This document shows positions 41,927 through 50,892 of a DNA stretch of 64,000 nucleotides, in pieces; position 1 is the stretch's first letter, and each line of letters opens with the position of its first letter. The notes under the pieces were generated by a model. The model worked only from the letters and a program-made list of their open reading frames with translations. It ran no database searches and had not been told where the DNA came from. Both the position numbers and the translations under genes were made by a program. The stretch covers positions 9,711 through 73,710 of the forward strand of contig DATBQR010000054.1 of NCBI GenBank assembly GCA_036560705.1. The letters run 5' to 3'. The stretch comes from Burkholderiales bacterium (lineage in GTDB: Bacteria; Pseudomonadota; Gammaproteobacteria; Burkholderiales; SG8-39).

Positions 41927-42933
41927 ACGCGAGCGATCGCCGGGCTGCCAGGGACGGCCGCGCCGTGGCGGCGTGGCTGCTCGTCTGCGCGGCGTTCACC
42001 TTCGCGATGGTGGTGGTGGGCGGCATCACGCGCCTCACCGAATCCGGCCTGTCCATCGTCGAGTGGCAGCCGCTCGTGGGCGCCCTGCCGCCGATGTCGC
42101 AGGCGGACTGGGAAGCATTGTTCGCCAGGTACCGCGAGACGCCGCAATACGCCCAGGTGTTTTCCGCGATCGGCCTGGAGGGTTTCAAGAGCATCTTCTG
42201 GTGGGAGTACAGCCACCGCCTGCTCGGGCGCGCGATCGGGCTGGTGTTCCTCTTGCCGTTTTTGTTCTTTTATTTCAAGAACAGATTGTCTGGAACCCTG
42301 ACGTGGAAACTCGCCGGCATCTTCGTCCTCGGCGGCCTGCAGGGCGCGCTGGGCTGGTACATGGTGCAGAGCGGCCTGGTGGACGATCCGCGCGTCAGCC
42401 ATTTCCGCCTTACCGCGCACCTCGGCCTGGCGCTGCTGATTTTCTCGGCGGAGCTTTGGCTTGCCCTTGATTTATTGATTCAATCACACGACAAAAAGCG
42501 CAGCCCGCTTTCCCTGGTGGTCCTTGGCACGGTCTTCGTGATGGCGCTCGCCGGCGGCTTCGTCGCCGGCCTGCGCGCGGGACACGCCTACAACACCTTC
42601 CCGCTGATGAACGGCCACCTCGTTCCGCCCGAGACCTTCATGCTCGATCCCTGGTGGCGCAACTTCCTCTGGAACGTCGCCACCGTGCAGCTCGTGCACC
42701 GAACCATCTTCTGGCTGCTGCTGATCCTCATCCCGGCGCTGTGGTGGCAGGCGCGGCGCACGCCGGCGAAGATCGCCGCGCACCACCTGCTCGGCATGTT
42801 CCTCATCCAGGCCGCGCTGGGAATTTCCACCCTGTTGCTCGCGGTGCCGATTCCGCTTGCGGCTGCACACCAGGCCGGGGCCGTTCTATTGCTGGCCACT
42901 GCGCTCTGGACCGCGCAAAGCTTTCGCTCCTGA
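41923..42933 (+). CDS. ctaA: heme A synthase COX15/CtaA
   Basis: 336-aa polytopic ORF (GGITRLTESGLSIVEWQP, EYSHRLLGR, conserved His pairs). Confidence 0.88.
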   Translation: MNASDRRAARDGRAVAAWLLVCAAFTFAMVVVGGITRLTESGLSIVEWQPLVGALPPMSQADWEALFARYRETPQYAQVFSAIGLEGFKSIFWWEYSHRLLGRAIGLVFLLPFLFFYFKNRLSGTLTWKLAGIFVLGGLQGALGWYMVQSGLVDDPRVSHFRLTAHLGLALLIFSAELWLALDLLIQSHDKKRSPLSLVVLGTVFVMALAGGFVAGLRAGHAYNTFPLMNGHLVPPETFMLDPWWRNFLWNVATVQLVHRTIFWLLLILIPALWWQARRTPAKIAAHHLLGMFLIQAALGISTLLLAVPIPLAAAHQAGAVLLLATALWTAQSFRS

Positions 42934-43391
42934 AGGCGGCGGGGCTTTATGCCCTGTCCCTGCTGTTTCTCGCAGCAGTGGTGATGTTCTGCTTCAAGAT
43001 GTGGGAAGACCATGCCAGCGGCGCGTGGCCCCGCGCACCGGGAACGGTTGTCAGGAGCTACACCGATCACCTGTGCCCGGGAAGAAACCAGCGCTGGGCG
43101 GTCAGGATCGTCTACCGCTACACCGTTGACGGGCAAGCGCGCGAGGCCAAGAGAGTCGGGAACAGCGACCCCGTCTATTGCGATGTGGAGCGCGAGAAGG
43201 CTGCCGGCTGGCTACTCGAACACTACCCCGCGGGGAAACCGGTCGAGGTTTCCTACAACCCCTCGGATCCTGGCGCGGCGTTCCTCCAGCCCGGGCAGGT
43301 CTCCTACGCCGACATCGCAGAGACGCTCGTCCTGCTTATGTTCACGATTGCCGCTTTCCGCGGTGCATCGACGGTCCGATCGCGCATGTGA
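42930..43391 (+). CDS. DUF3592-like membrane protein
   Basis: An N-terminal TM helix is followed by a WPRAPGTVV...RIVYRYTVDG...EVSYNPSDP core and a C-terminal TM helix. The start is ambiguous (CTG 42930, GTG 42978/42981 or ATG 42984). Confidence 0.5.
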   Translation: MKAAGLYALSLLFLAAVVMFCFKMWEDHASGAWPRAPGTVVRSYTDHLCPGRNQRWAVRIVYRYTVDGQAREAKRVGNSDPVYCDVEREKAAGWLLEHYPAGKPVEVSYNPSDPGAAFLQPGQVSYADIAETLVLLMFTIAAFRGASTVRSRM

Positions 43392-43394
43392 GAC

Positions 43395-44495
43395 TCAACC
43401 GCCGGGCTTGCGCTCCTCCGGCAGCCGGACGACGTTGGCGGACGAAATAGCGGGTCCGGGCGCGGGCGCTTCGAGCTCGGCCGATTCGATTTTCTGGAAC
43501 TGCTGGGAGATTTTCCGGCTGGAGGTCTGCACGTCCTCTGCATCCTGGTGCGCCTGCCGGATGTGGTCGGCGAGCTTCTTCATGCGCTCGTCAAACCTGC
43601 GGAAGTCGCCGCCCAGCCTGCCCAGCGCGTCCTTGATGACGTGGATCTGCTTGCGCGTCTCGACGTCTTTCAGCACCGCGCGCGCGGTGTTCAGCACCGC
43701 CATCAGGGTAGTCGGCGAGACGATCCAGACGCGCTTCGCCTGGGCGTAGTCCACCACCTCGGCGTGATAGGCGTGGATCTCGGCGAACACCGCCTCCGCC
43801 GGGACGAACATCACCGCGCCGTCGGAGGTCTCGTTCTCGATGATGTATTTCGAGGCGATCGCGTCCACGTGCTTGCGCAGGTCGCTGCGGAACATCTTCT
43901 GCGCCGCCGCGCGCTCCGCATCGCCGCCCTCGAACATGCGGTTGTAGTTCTCCAGCGGGAATTTCGAATCCACGCACACCAGGCCGGTCGGATCGGGCAT
44001 CCGCAGCGCGCAGTCGACCCGCGTGCCGTTGGACAGGGTGTACTGCATCTCGAAGGCGTTCGGCGGCATGACGTTGCGCACCAGGGCTTCGAGCTGGACT
44101 TCGCCGAAGGCGCCGCGCGATTTCTTGTCGCCGAGCAGCTCCTGCAGGCTCACCACACTGCCTGTGAGCGAATCGATTTTCTTCTGCGCCTCGTCGATCA
44201 CCGCGAGGCGCTGCATCACGCTGAGGAAAGTCTCGTTGGTCTTCTTGAAACCCTCGTCCAGCCGCTCGCTGACCCTGCCGGAGATCTGGTCGAGGCGTTG
44301 CTCGAGCTTGGCCGCCAGGCCTTCGCGCAGTTCGCCGAGCTGGCCGCCGATCCGATCACCCTGCTTCGTCAGGCCGTCATGCAGATCGCCGAGCATCTGG
44401 CGGTGCTTTTCTTCCAGCGTTTTCTGAACCTTGAATACCAGAAAGACCGCGACGACCAGAACGGCAGCGGCAATCAGGAGCGCGATCTCGGACAT
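43395..44495 (-). CDS. rmuC: DNA recombination protein RmuC
   Basis: 366 aa with an N-terminal TM/coiled coil and a C-terminal RmuC nuclease-like domain (VDCALRMPD, VMFVPAE). Confidence 0.88.
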   Translation of the reverse strand: MSEIALLIAAAVLVVAVFLVFKVQKTLEEKHRQMLGDLHDGLTKQGDRIGGQLGELREGLAAKLEQRLDQISGRVSERLDEGFKKTNETFLSVMQRLAVIDEAQKKIDSLTGSVVSLQELLGDKKSRGAFGEVQLEALVRNVMPPNAFEMQYTLSNGTRVDCALRMPDPTGLVCVDSKFPLENYNRMFEGGDAERAAAQKMFRSDLRKHVDAIASKYIIENETSDGAVMFVPAEAVFAEIHAYHAEVVDYAQAKRVWIVSPTTLMAVLNTARAVLKDVETRKQIHVIKDALGRLGGDFRRFDERMKKLADHIRQAHQDAEDVQTSSRKISQQFQKIESAELEAPAPGPAISSANVVRLPEERKPGG

Positions 44496-44581
44496 CGTCC
44501 GATTCTAATCCCTCGCGCCGGCCGCGGTCATCCCGGAATGGCAAGGCTCGGCTAAGATGACCGCCGGAAGGGAGGTTGGTC

Positions 44582-46207
44582 ATGCGTATCTGGCTCGCCG
44601 TAGCTGCAATCCTCGCGTGCGCCTGCGCGCTGGCGCAGTCCGACAAACCGCAGGCGCTCGAGGGCGGCAACGGCTTCGTCGTGGTTCGCGTCGTCACGCA
44701 CGCGGCCGTGCCGCATCCCCTGATGGGCTACAACACCCGGTGGCGCAACCTCGTGCTCCAGTCGCCCGGCGGCGCGCAGGTCCAGCTTTCCTCCGCGCCC
44801 GACGCCGGACGGCGCTCCACGCAGATCTTCGCCGAGCAGCTGGCCGAAGGCCGCTACAGGGTGGCTGCGCTGCGGAGCGGCGGCGCTTCGATCTCGCTCG
44901 CGCCCAGCGGACTCGATTTCGAAGTGAAGCGCGGCCGGATCACCAACCTCGGCACGCTGATCGTCCAGCCGGTGGGCAACAGCGAGTACACCGTGCTGCC
45001 GTTCCCCGGGATCGACGACGTGCGCGAATACCTGGCGCGCGAGCAGCCGACGATCGCCGCCGCTGCTGGAGCCGAGACACTCGGTTGGAGCGGCGGCAAG
45101 AGCGCAGACGGGGCTGCCTCGGGTCCACGCTGGCTTGCCGTCAGCAATACGGCGGCGGGCGGGATCATCGGCACGATCACGATGAACCTCATCCAGGCCA
45201 AGATCGATGCCGACGCGAAGACGGTACCCGTCGCGGCGTGGAAAGAAACCACCGGCGACGCCGACCGCCTACGCCTGGCGAAGCGGCAGACATACTCGTT
45301 GAACGCCCTTCAGCGCCTCCCCGACGGGCGGATCGCCGCCGGCACGAACCTCGGCCAGGTGCTGCTGCGCCATCCCGAGACGGGCTGGCAGCGCTTCGAC
45401 CTCGAGGACCCACGCGAAATCACCGCGCTTTACGCACCGGACGGCGAACACATCGTCGCCGGCGGCGAGGAAGGCCTTCTAGTCTCCACGCAGGACGGCG
45501 GGAGGACATGGGTCCGGCACCGCCCCCCCGTCGCGGGCGGCCTGATCGTCCACATCGCGGAATACGAAGGCCAGGTCCTCGTGCTGAGCGTCCTAAACGA
45601 CGACTTCCGGCTGCACTCGACGCGCGACCTCGGCTCGGGAGAATGGCGCGAGCTCAAGCAGGAAAAGATGGATTTCCTCGGGCTGCGCCTCCACCCGCAC
45701 ATGCAGGGCATGGGCGCGCTGCACGAAGGCCGCTACTACATGGCGGTGCCCGGCAAGCCGATCCACGTCCTCGACCTAGCGGCGGGAACCTGGACCTCCG
45801 CGAAGCCGGATGGCCCATTCCGCTTCATGGGCGCCGTAAAAGGAGGTTTCGCCTACGCAACCGGCGCCATCAACCGCGTTGCACCTTACCTGAGCCGCGA
45901 CGGCGGCGCGACCTGGACGAAACTGGAGAACAGTTGCACGGCCACATTCTCCGGCGTGCTGTCGGTCGCCTTCCTGTCGCCGGGCGATGCCTACCTGCTC
46001 TGCTACGACGTCGGCATGTGGAGCAACGCGTACGCCATCAAACGCACCAAGGACGGCGGTGCCACGTGGACCAACGTGCTTGCGGAGATACCCGGCCGCC
46101 CGTACCAGATGTACGCCACGCCAGAAGTCCTGCTGTATGTGGATGTGACGGGCCAGGTGCACGCCAGCCTCGATGCTGGGATAACCTGGACGGTGGACGC
46201 GCGCTGA
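44582..46207 (+). CDS. secreted BNR/Asp-box repeat beta-propeller protein with an unassigned N-terminal domain
   Basis: GGGAGG RBS and signal peptide (AILACACALAQS). Four Asp-boxes are present (STQDGGRTW, SRDGGATW, TKDGGATW, SLDAGITW). Confidence 0.65.
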   Translation: MRIWLAVAAILACACALAQSDKPQALEGGNGFVVVRVVTHAAVPHPLMGYNTRWRNLVLQSPGGAQVQLSSAPDAGRRSTQIFAEQLAEGRYRVAALRSGGASISLAPSGLDFEVKRGRITNLGTLIVQPVGNSEYTVLPFPGIDDVREYLAREQPTIAAAAGAETLGWSGGKSADGAASGPRWLAVSNTAAGGIIGTITMNLIQAKIDADAKTVPVAAWKETTGDADRLRLAKRQTYSLNALQRLPDGRIAAGTNLGQVLLRHPETGWQRFDLEDPREITALYAPDGEHIVAGGEEGLLVSTQDGGRTWVRHRPPVAGGLIVHIAEYEGQVLVLSVLNDDFRLHSTRDLGSGEWRELKQEKMDFLGLRLHPHMQGMGALHEGRYYMAVPGKPIHVLDLAAGTWTSAKPDGPFRFMGAVKGGFAYATGAINRVAPYLSRDGGATWTKLENSCTATFSGVLSVAFLSPGDAYLLCYDVGMWSNAYAIKRTKDGGATWTNVLAEIPGRPYQMYATPEVLLYVDVTGQVHASLDAGITWTVDAR

Positions 46208-46220
46208 GGCACGGGCGGGG

Positions 46221-48710
46221 CTAGACCGAGTCCCTCAGCGTCAGCGCCGGCGAGGCGGACAGCACCTTGTGCGCCGACAGCCACGCGTTCAGCGAGAGCA
46301 GCAGCACGCCCGAAAGCGGCCCCGCGATCCACAACCCCGGGCTGGGCGGCAGGTCGAGCTCGAAGATGCGCCGCGCCAGCAGCTGGCCGATGGCCGCGGC
46401 GCCGGCGGTGGCGAGAACTCCGGCGAGCAGGCCCATGGCGAGGAATTCGACGCGCTGGCTGCCGGTGACCTGGGCGCGCGAGGCGCCGTAGACGCGCATC
46501 ACCGCGGCTTCGCGCCGGCGCTCGTCCTCGGTGGCGACCAGCGCCGAATAGAGCACCAGGAGTCCCGCGCCCAGCGCGAACAGGAAGACCACCTGCACGG
46601 CCGAGATCACCTGGTCGACGATGCCCTGCGCCTGGCGCACCGCCGCGCCGACGTCGACCAGGGTGAGGTTGGGAAAGCGCGCGGTGAGTTCGTTCATCTG
46701 CGCTTCCCTGCCCGGCTCGATGCGAAAAGCCGAGATGTAGCTCGCCGGGAAGCGCCCGATCAGGCTCTCCGGGCCGATGACGAAGAAATTCACCTTCATC
46801 GAATCCCAGCGCAGCTTGCGCAGCGAGCTCACGCGCGCGGTGAAGGATTCGCCGCCGACCGTGAAAGTCAGTTCGTCGCCCAATTTCCAGCCCAGCGTCT
46901 TGGCGATGCCCACCTCCACCGAAAGCTCCTGGGAGCCCGGCGCGAACCAGCGGCCTTCGCTCACGACGTTGTGCGCCGGCGGCCAGATGGCGAACGACAG
47001 GTTGAATTCGCGCTCCACCAGGCGCCGTGCGCGCTCCTCGGTGAAATCGGCCTCCGAGACCTTTTTGCCGTTCACGGCCGTGAGACGGCCGCGCACCATG
47101 GGGTCGAGCTCCGGGACCGGGATGCCGTGGCTGGTGAAAAATGCCTTCACCTCGGCGAGCTGGTCCGGCTGCACGCCGAGCAGGAAGCGGTTGGGCGCAT
47201 CCGGCGGCGAGCTGCGGCGCCAGGCATCCACCAGGTCGTTGCGGGTGAAGGTCAGCAAGAGGACCGCCGTGAGTCCCAGTGCGAGGCTCGCCACCTGCAC
47301 CGCGTTGCCGCGCGCGTGCCGGCGCAGGTTCGCCAGGCCGTAGCGCAGGGAAATGTTCTGTTTGCCGATTTTTCTGGAGAAAAAACTTCCCGACAAAAAG
47401 CGCAAACCCGACCAGGCAATCACCGCGAACAGCGCCACCGCGACGGCGAAACCGCCCACCACGGTGACGCCCATCTGCAGGTCTCCCGCCTGCCAGATGA
47501 GCAAGCCGGAGAGCGCGCCCACGCCCGCCGCATAGACTGCGATGGTGCCGCCCCGGGTCGCCCCCGCCTCGCGGCGGATGACGCGCGCCGCCGGCACGTT
47601 CTTCAGCTGCACCAGCGGCGGCAGCGCGAAGCCGAGCAGCAGCACCAATCCGACCAGGAAGCCCTGCAGCGCGGGCAGCAGCGACGCCGCCGGCAGGTCG
47701 GCACGCAGCAGCCCGTTGAGGATTTCCGCGATGAAGGACTGCGCCACGAAACCGATGGCCGCGCCCGCCGCGCAGGAAAATATCCCCAGCAGGACGAATT
47801 CCAGGCCGAACAGCGCCAGCAGCTTCCCCTGCGTCGCGCCGTAGCAGCGCATCACCGCGCAGCCGTCGAGATGCCGCTCGACGAAGCGGCGCGTGCCGAG
47901 CGCGATGGCGACGCCGGCGAGGATGGCCGCCAGCAGCGCGGTGAGCCCGAGGAAGCGCTGCGCGCGCTCGATGGCGCCGCGCACCTCCGGCCGTCCGCTC
48001 TCCAGATCGTCCACGCGCTGGCCGCGCCCGACCTGCCCTTTCGCCCAGGCCTCGAGCGCGGCGACCGGCTTGCGCGCGCCGGCCGCGTAGAGGTGGTACG
48101 AGACGCGGCTGCCGGTCTGCACCAGCCCGGTCGCGGCCACGTCGGCGACGTTCATGAACAGCCGCGGCGCGATGTTGAAGAAATTGGCGCCGCGCTCCGG
48201 CTCCAGCGTGATGATCGCGGCCACTTTCAGGGTCGCGTTGCCGAGCTTCAGCGTCGAGCCGACCGGCGCGGCGAGCGCGGACACCAGCCGCTCCTCGATC
48301 CACACCGTGCCGCGCGCCGGGCCCGCCTGCGCCGGCGCATCGGGTTCATTCGGCGCCGGCGCGATGCGCAGGCGGCCGCGCAGCGGGTAGTTCCCGGTGA
48401 CCGCCTTGATGCCGGCCAACTGCGAATTTTCCCCCTTGATCGCCATGCTGATGAAGGTGGTCGCCCGCGCGAGCTCGAGGCCGCGGCGGGAAATCTCCTC
48501 CGCGACACCCGCCTGCCAGGGATGGTCCGACACCAGCACCAGGTCCGCTCCCAGCAGCTGGTGCGCGTCCCTCACCAGCGCGCGGCTCACGCGGTCGGCG
48601 AAGAAGCCCACGCTGGTGATGCTGGCGACGGCGACCACCAGCGCCATCGCCAATACGCCCAGTTCCCCGGCCCGCCAGTCCCGCAACAGCATGTTGAGGG
48701 ACTGCTTCAT
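46221..48710 (-). CDS. ybbP: FtsX-family ABC transporter permease (YbbP-type, duplicated)
   Basis: 829-aa ORF with two FtsX-like 4-TM modules, downstream of ybbA. Confidence 0.85.
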   Translation of the reverse strand: MKQSLNMLLRDWRAGELGVLAMALVVAVASITSVGFFADRVSRALVRDAHQLLGADLVLVSDHPWQAGVAEEISRRGLELARATTFISMAIKGENSQLAGIKAVTGNYPLRGRLRIAPAPNEPDAPAQAGPARGTVWIEERLVSALAAPVGSTLKLGNATLKVAAIITLEPERGANFFNIAPRLFMNVADVAATGLVQTGSRVSYHLYAAGARKPVAALEAWAKGQVGRGQRVDDLESGRPEVRGAIERAQRFLGLTALLAAILAGVAIALGTRRFVERHLDGCAVMRCYGATQGKLLALFGLEFVLLGIFSCAAGAAIGFVAQSFIAEILNGLLRADLPAASLLPALQGFLVGLVLLLGFALPPLVQLKNVPAARVIRREAGATRGGTIAVYAAGVGALSGLLIWQAGDLQMGVTVVGGFAVAVALFAVIAWSGLRFLSGSFFSRKIGKQNISLRYGLANLRRHARGNAVQVASLALGLTAVLLLTFTRNDLVDAWRRSSPPDAPNRFLLGVQPDQLAEVKAFFTSHGIPVPELDPMVRGRLTAVNGKKVSEADFTEERARRLVEREFNLSFAIWPPAHNVVSEGRWFAPGSQELSVEVGIAKTLGWKLGDELTFTVGGESFTARVSSLRKLRWDSMKVNFFVIGPESLIGRFPASYISAFRIEPGREAQMNELTARFPNLTLVDVGAAVRQAQGIVDQVISAVQVVFLFALGAGLLVLYSALVATEDERRREAAVMRVYGASRAQVTGSQRVEFLAMGLLAGVLATAGAAAIGQLLARRIFELDLPPSPGLWIAGPLSGVLLLSLNAWLSAHKVLSASPALTLRDSV

Positions 48711-49402
48711 CAGGCGGCGATCCTGCCCGCCACCAGGCGGATCACCCGGCCGCAGCTCTGCGCGAGGTGCTCGTCGTGCGTCACCATCACCAGCGTGGTG
48801 CCGGCCTCGCGGTTGAGCTGGAACAGCAGCGCGATCACCGCCACGCCCGATTCCGCGTCCAGGCTGCCGGTCGGCTCGTCGGCGAACAGGATCTTCGGCC
48901 GCACCGAGAATGCCCGGGCCAGCGCCACGCGCTGCTGTTCGCCCCCGGAAAGATGCTTCGGGTAGTGGCCGAGCCGGTCGGCGAGGCCGACGCGCTGCAG
49001 GACCTCCCGTGCCTTCGCTTCCGCCTGCGGGTCCTTCGCCAGCTCCAGCGGCAGCATCACGTTCTCGAGCGCGGTCAGGGAGGGCAGCAGCTGGAACGAC
49101 TGGAACACGAAGCCGATCGAGCGGCCGCGCAGCTCGGCGCGCGCGTCCTCGTCCAGGCCGAACAGGTCGGCGCCGTCCACCTGGACCGTGCCGGCGCTCG
49201 GCGTATCGAGGCCGGCGAGGATGGCGAGCAGCGTCGATTTGCCGGAGCCCGAGGCGCCGACGATGGCGAGCGCGTCGCCCGCCGTGACGCTCAGGTCGAT
49301 TTCGCGCAGAATGACGAGGTCACTGGAGCCGCTCTTGACCGTCTTGCCGATGCCGCGCGCGCTGAGAATCGTTTTTTTCGGGCTGCTGTCGCTCATCGGC
49401 AT
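48710..49402 (-). CDS. ybbA: ABC transporter ATP-binding protein (YbbA-type)
   Basis: 230 aa with GASGSGKST, LSGGEQQRV and LFADEPTG. It is divergent from tesA, the classical arrangement. Confidence 0.88.
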   Translation of the reverse strand: MPMSDSSPKKTILSARGIGKTVKSGSSDLVILREIDLSVTAGDALAIVGASGSGKSTLLAILAGLDTPSAGTVQVDGADLFGLDEDARAELRGRSIGFVFQSFQLLPSLTALENVMLPLELAKDPQAEAKAREVLQRVGLADRLGHYPKHLSGGEQQRVALARAFSVRPKILFADEPTGSLDAESGVAVIALLFQLNREAGTTLVMVTHDEHLAQSCGRVIRLVAGRIAA

Positions 49403-49979
49403 GGCATCGGCGGCAACCGCCGCTTCCGGAAAAACGCTGCTCGTCTACGGGGACAGCCTGTCGGCGGCTTACGGCATGCCGGAGCGGCGCGGCTGGGTGG
49501 CGCTGCTCGAAGATCGGTTGAAGCGCGAACATCCCGATTATAGCGTCGCCAACGCGAGCATCTCGGGGGAAACCTCGGCGGGCGGCCTGGCGCGCATCGG
49601 CAAGGTCATCGAGCGCCAGAAACCGGCGATCGTCATCCTCGAACTGGGCGCCAACGACGGCCTGCGCGGCCTGCCCGTCGCGGCGATGACGAAAAACCTC
49701 GCCGCCATCATCGAACAGTCACAAAAAGCGGGGGCGAAAGTGCTGCTGGTGGGCATGCGCCTGCCGCCCAACTACGGCGATCCCTATACCCGGGCTTTCG
49801 AGCGCGCCTTCGCCGACCTGGCGAAGAGCCACCACGCCGCGCTGCTGCCGTTCATGATGGAAGGCTTCGCCGACCGGGCCGAGCTGTTCCAGCCCGACCG
49901 GCTCCACCCGACGGAGGCGGCGCAGCCCGCGGTGCTGAAGAACGTCTGGGCAGTACTCGCCCCGCTGCTGAAGAAATAG
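49350..49979 (+). CDS. tesA: SGNH/GDSL arylesterase-thioesterase TesA-type
   Basis: Signal peptide, then the GDSL block (LLVYGDSLSAAYG), GANDGLRG and C-terminal DRLHPT. The start is uncertain; ATG 49350 overlaps the ybbA 5' end by 53 nt. Confidence 0.78.
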   Translation: MPRALRIVFFGLLSLIGMASAATAASGKTLLVYGDSLSAAYGMPERRGWVALLEDRLKREHPDYSVANASISGETSAGGLARIGKVIERQKPAIVILELGANDGLRGLPVAAMTKNLAAIIEQSQKAGAKVLLVGMRLPPNYGDPYTRAFERAFADLAKSHHAALLPFMMEGFADRAELFQPDRLHPTEAAQPAVLKNVWAVLAPLLKK

Positions 49980-49988
49980 CCCTCGAAC

Positions 49989-50252
49989 CTACTTGCAGCG
50001 CAGATTGGCGCCGTCGAAGGTAAACGAACTGCCGCAATCCTGTTCGGAAACCCTGCGGTTCGGGTCCGGCCGCAAGGCGCGGAATTCGGCGTAGTAATCA
50101 TCGACCGTCACCAGCTCCACCGGGTGGGTGCCGTAGTACTGGTCGGCCGTGACGATGTCGTTCGAGTTGTAGCTGAGGGGCCCGCTTGCGCAGGATGCCG
50201 TGCCCGCGGCGAGCAGGATCACGGCGCTGGTTTTCAGGTAGTTCATCGGCAA
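49989..50252 (-). CDS. small putative lipoprotein
   Basis: 87 aa with an N-terminal hydrophobic segment ending in the lipobox-like AAGTASC. No recognisable family. Confidence 0.45.
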   Translation of the reverse strand: MPMNYLKTSAVILLAAGTASCASGPLSYNSNDIVTADQYYGTHPVELVTVDDYYAEFRALRPDPNRRVSEQDCGSSFTFDGANLRCK

Positions 50253-50267
50253 TCTCCCATGTTGCGT

Positions 50268-50789
50268 TCAGGCCCGGCCGGCGGGCTTGCCGCGGCCCAT
50301 GCCGCGCTCGAACCCGCCGTGACGGCCGCCATGCGGTGCGAGCACCACGTCGGCAACCTGCTTCTGCTCGGGGCTCAGCGCGGCGTAGAGCGGCTTCTCG
50401 ACCGCGAGCCGGCCGTTGATGCGCGCGATCGCGGCAGCGTGCATCTGCTGCGCCCGCTCCATGCGCTCGATCGCCGACGGGCGGCGATGCTCGTGCCTGC
50501 CCTGCGCCATCTCCTTGCGCATCTGCATCATCTTCTCGTGCCGCTCGTGCATCTTCTTGTCGCGCTCGGACGCCTCCGCCCGCAACCTGTCGGCGTAGGC
50601 GTTCCACTGCGGCTGCTGCGCGTCGGTGATCTTCAGCGCCGTGCGGATGTAGGCGAGGCGCGCTTCGACCTGGTCGGTGGGCCGGCTGAACGGGCGCGGC
50701 TGGCGCTCGTCATGGCCTTGCGCGACGGCAGAAACGGACGCGGCCGCCAGCGCGGCCGAAAACAGGGTGGCTCCAATCAGGCGGTTCAT
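50268..50789 (-). CDS. periplasmic Spy/CpxP-family (LTxxQ-type) protein
   Basis: The internal ATG behind GGAGGAAG gives signal peptide MNRLIGATLFSAALAAASVSAVAQ. The mature part is helical and His/Arg/Met-rich, with ITDAQQPQW and LSPEQKQ motifs. Confidence 0.65.
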   Translation of the reverse strand: MNRLIGATLFSAALAAASVSAVAQGHDERQPRPFSRPTDQVEARLAYIRTALKITDAQQPQWNAYADRLRAEASERDKKMHERHEKMMQMRKEMAQGRHEHRRPSAIERMERAQQMHAAAIARINGRLAVEKPLYAALSPEQKQVADVVLAPHGGRHGGFERGMGRGKPAGRA

Positions 50790-50892
50790 CACTTCCTCCG
50801 GGTAGCGGGACCTGCCTATCTTTCGCCCTCCGCCGCCGGGACGCAACGCAATATTTGCAACCAATTGCAACAGCCCCCAGGCTGGCCCGGGC

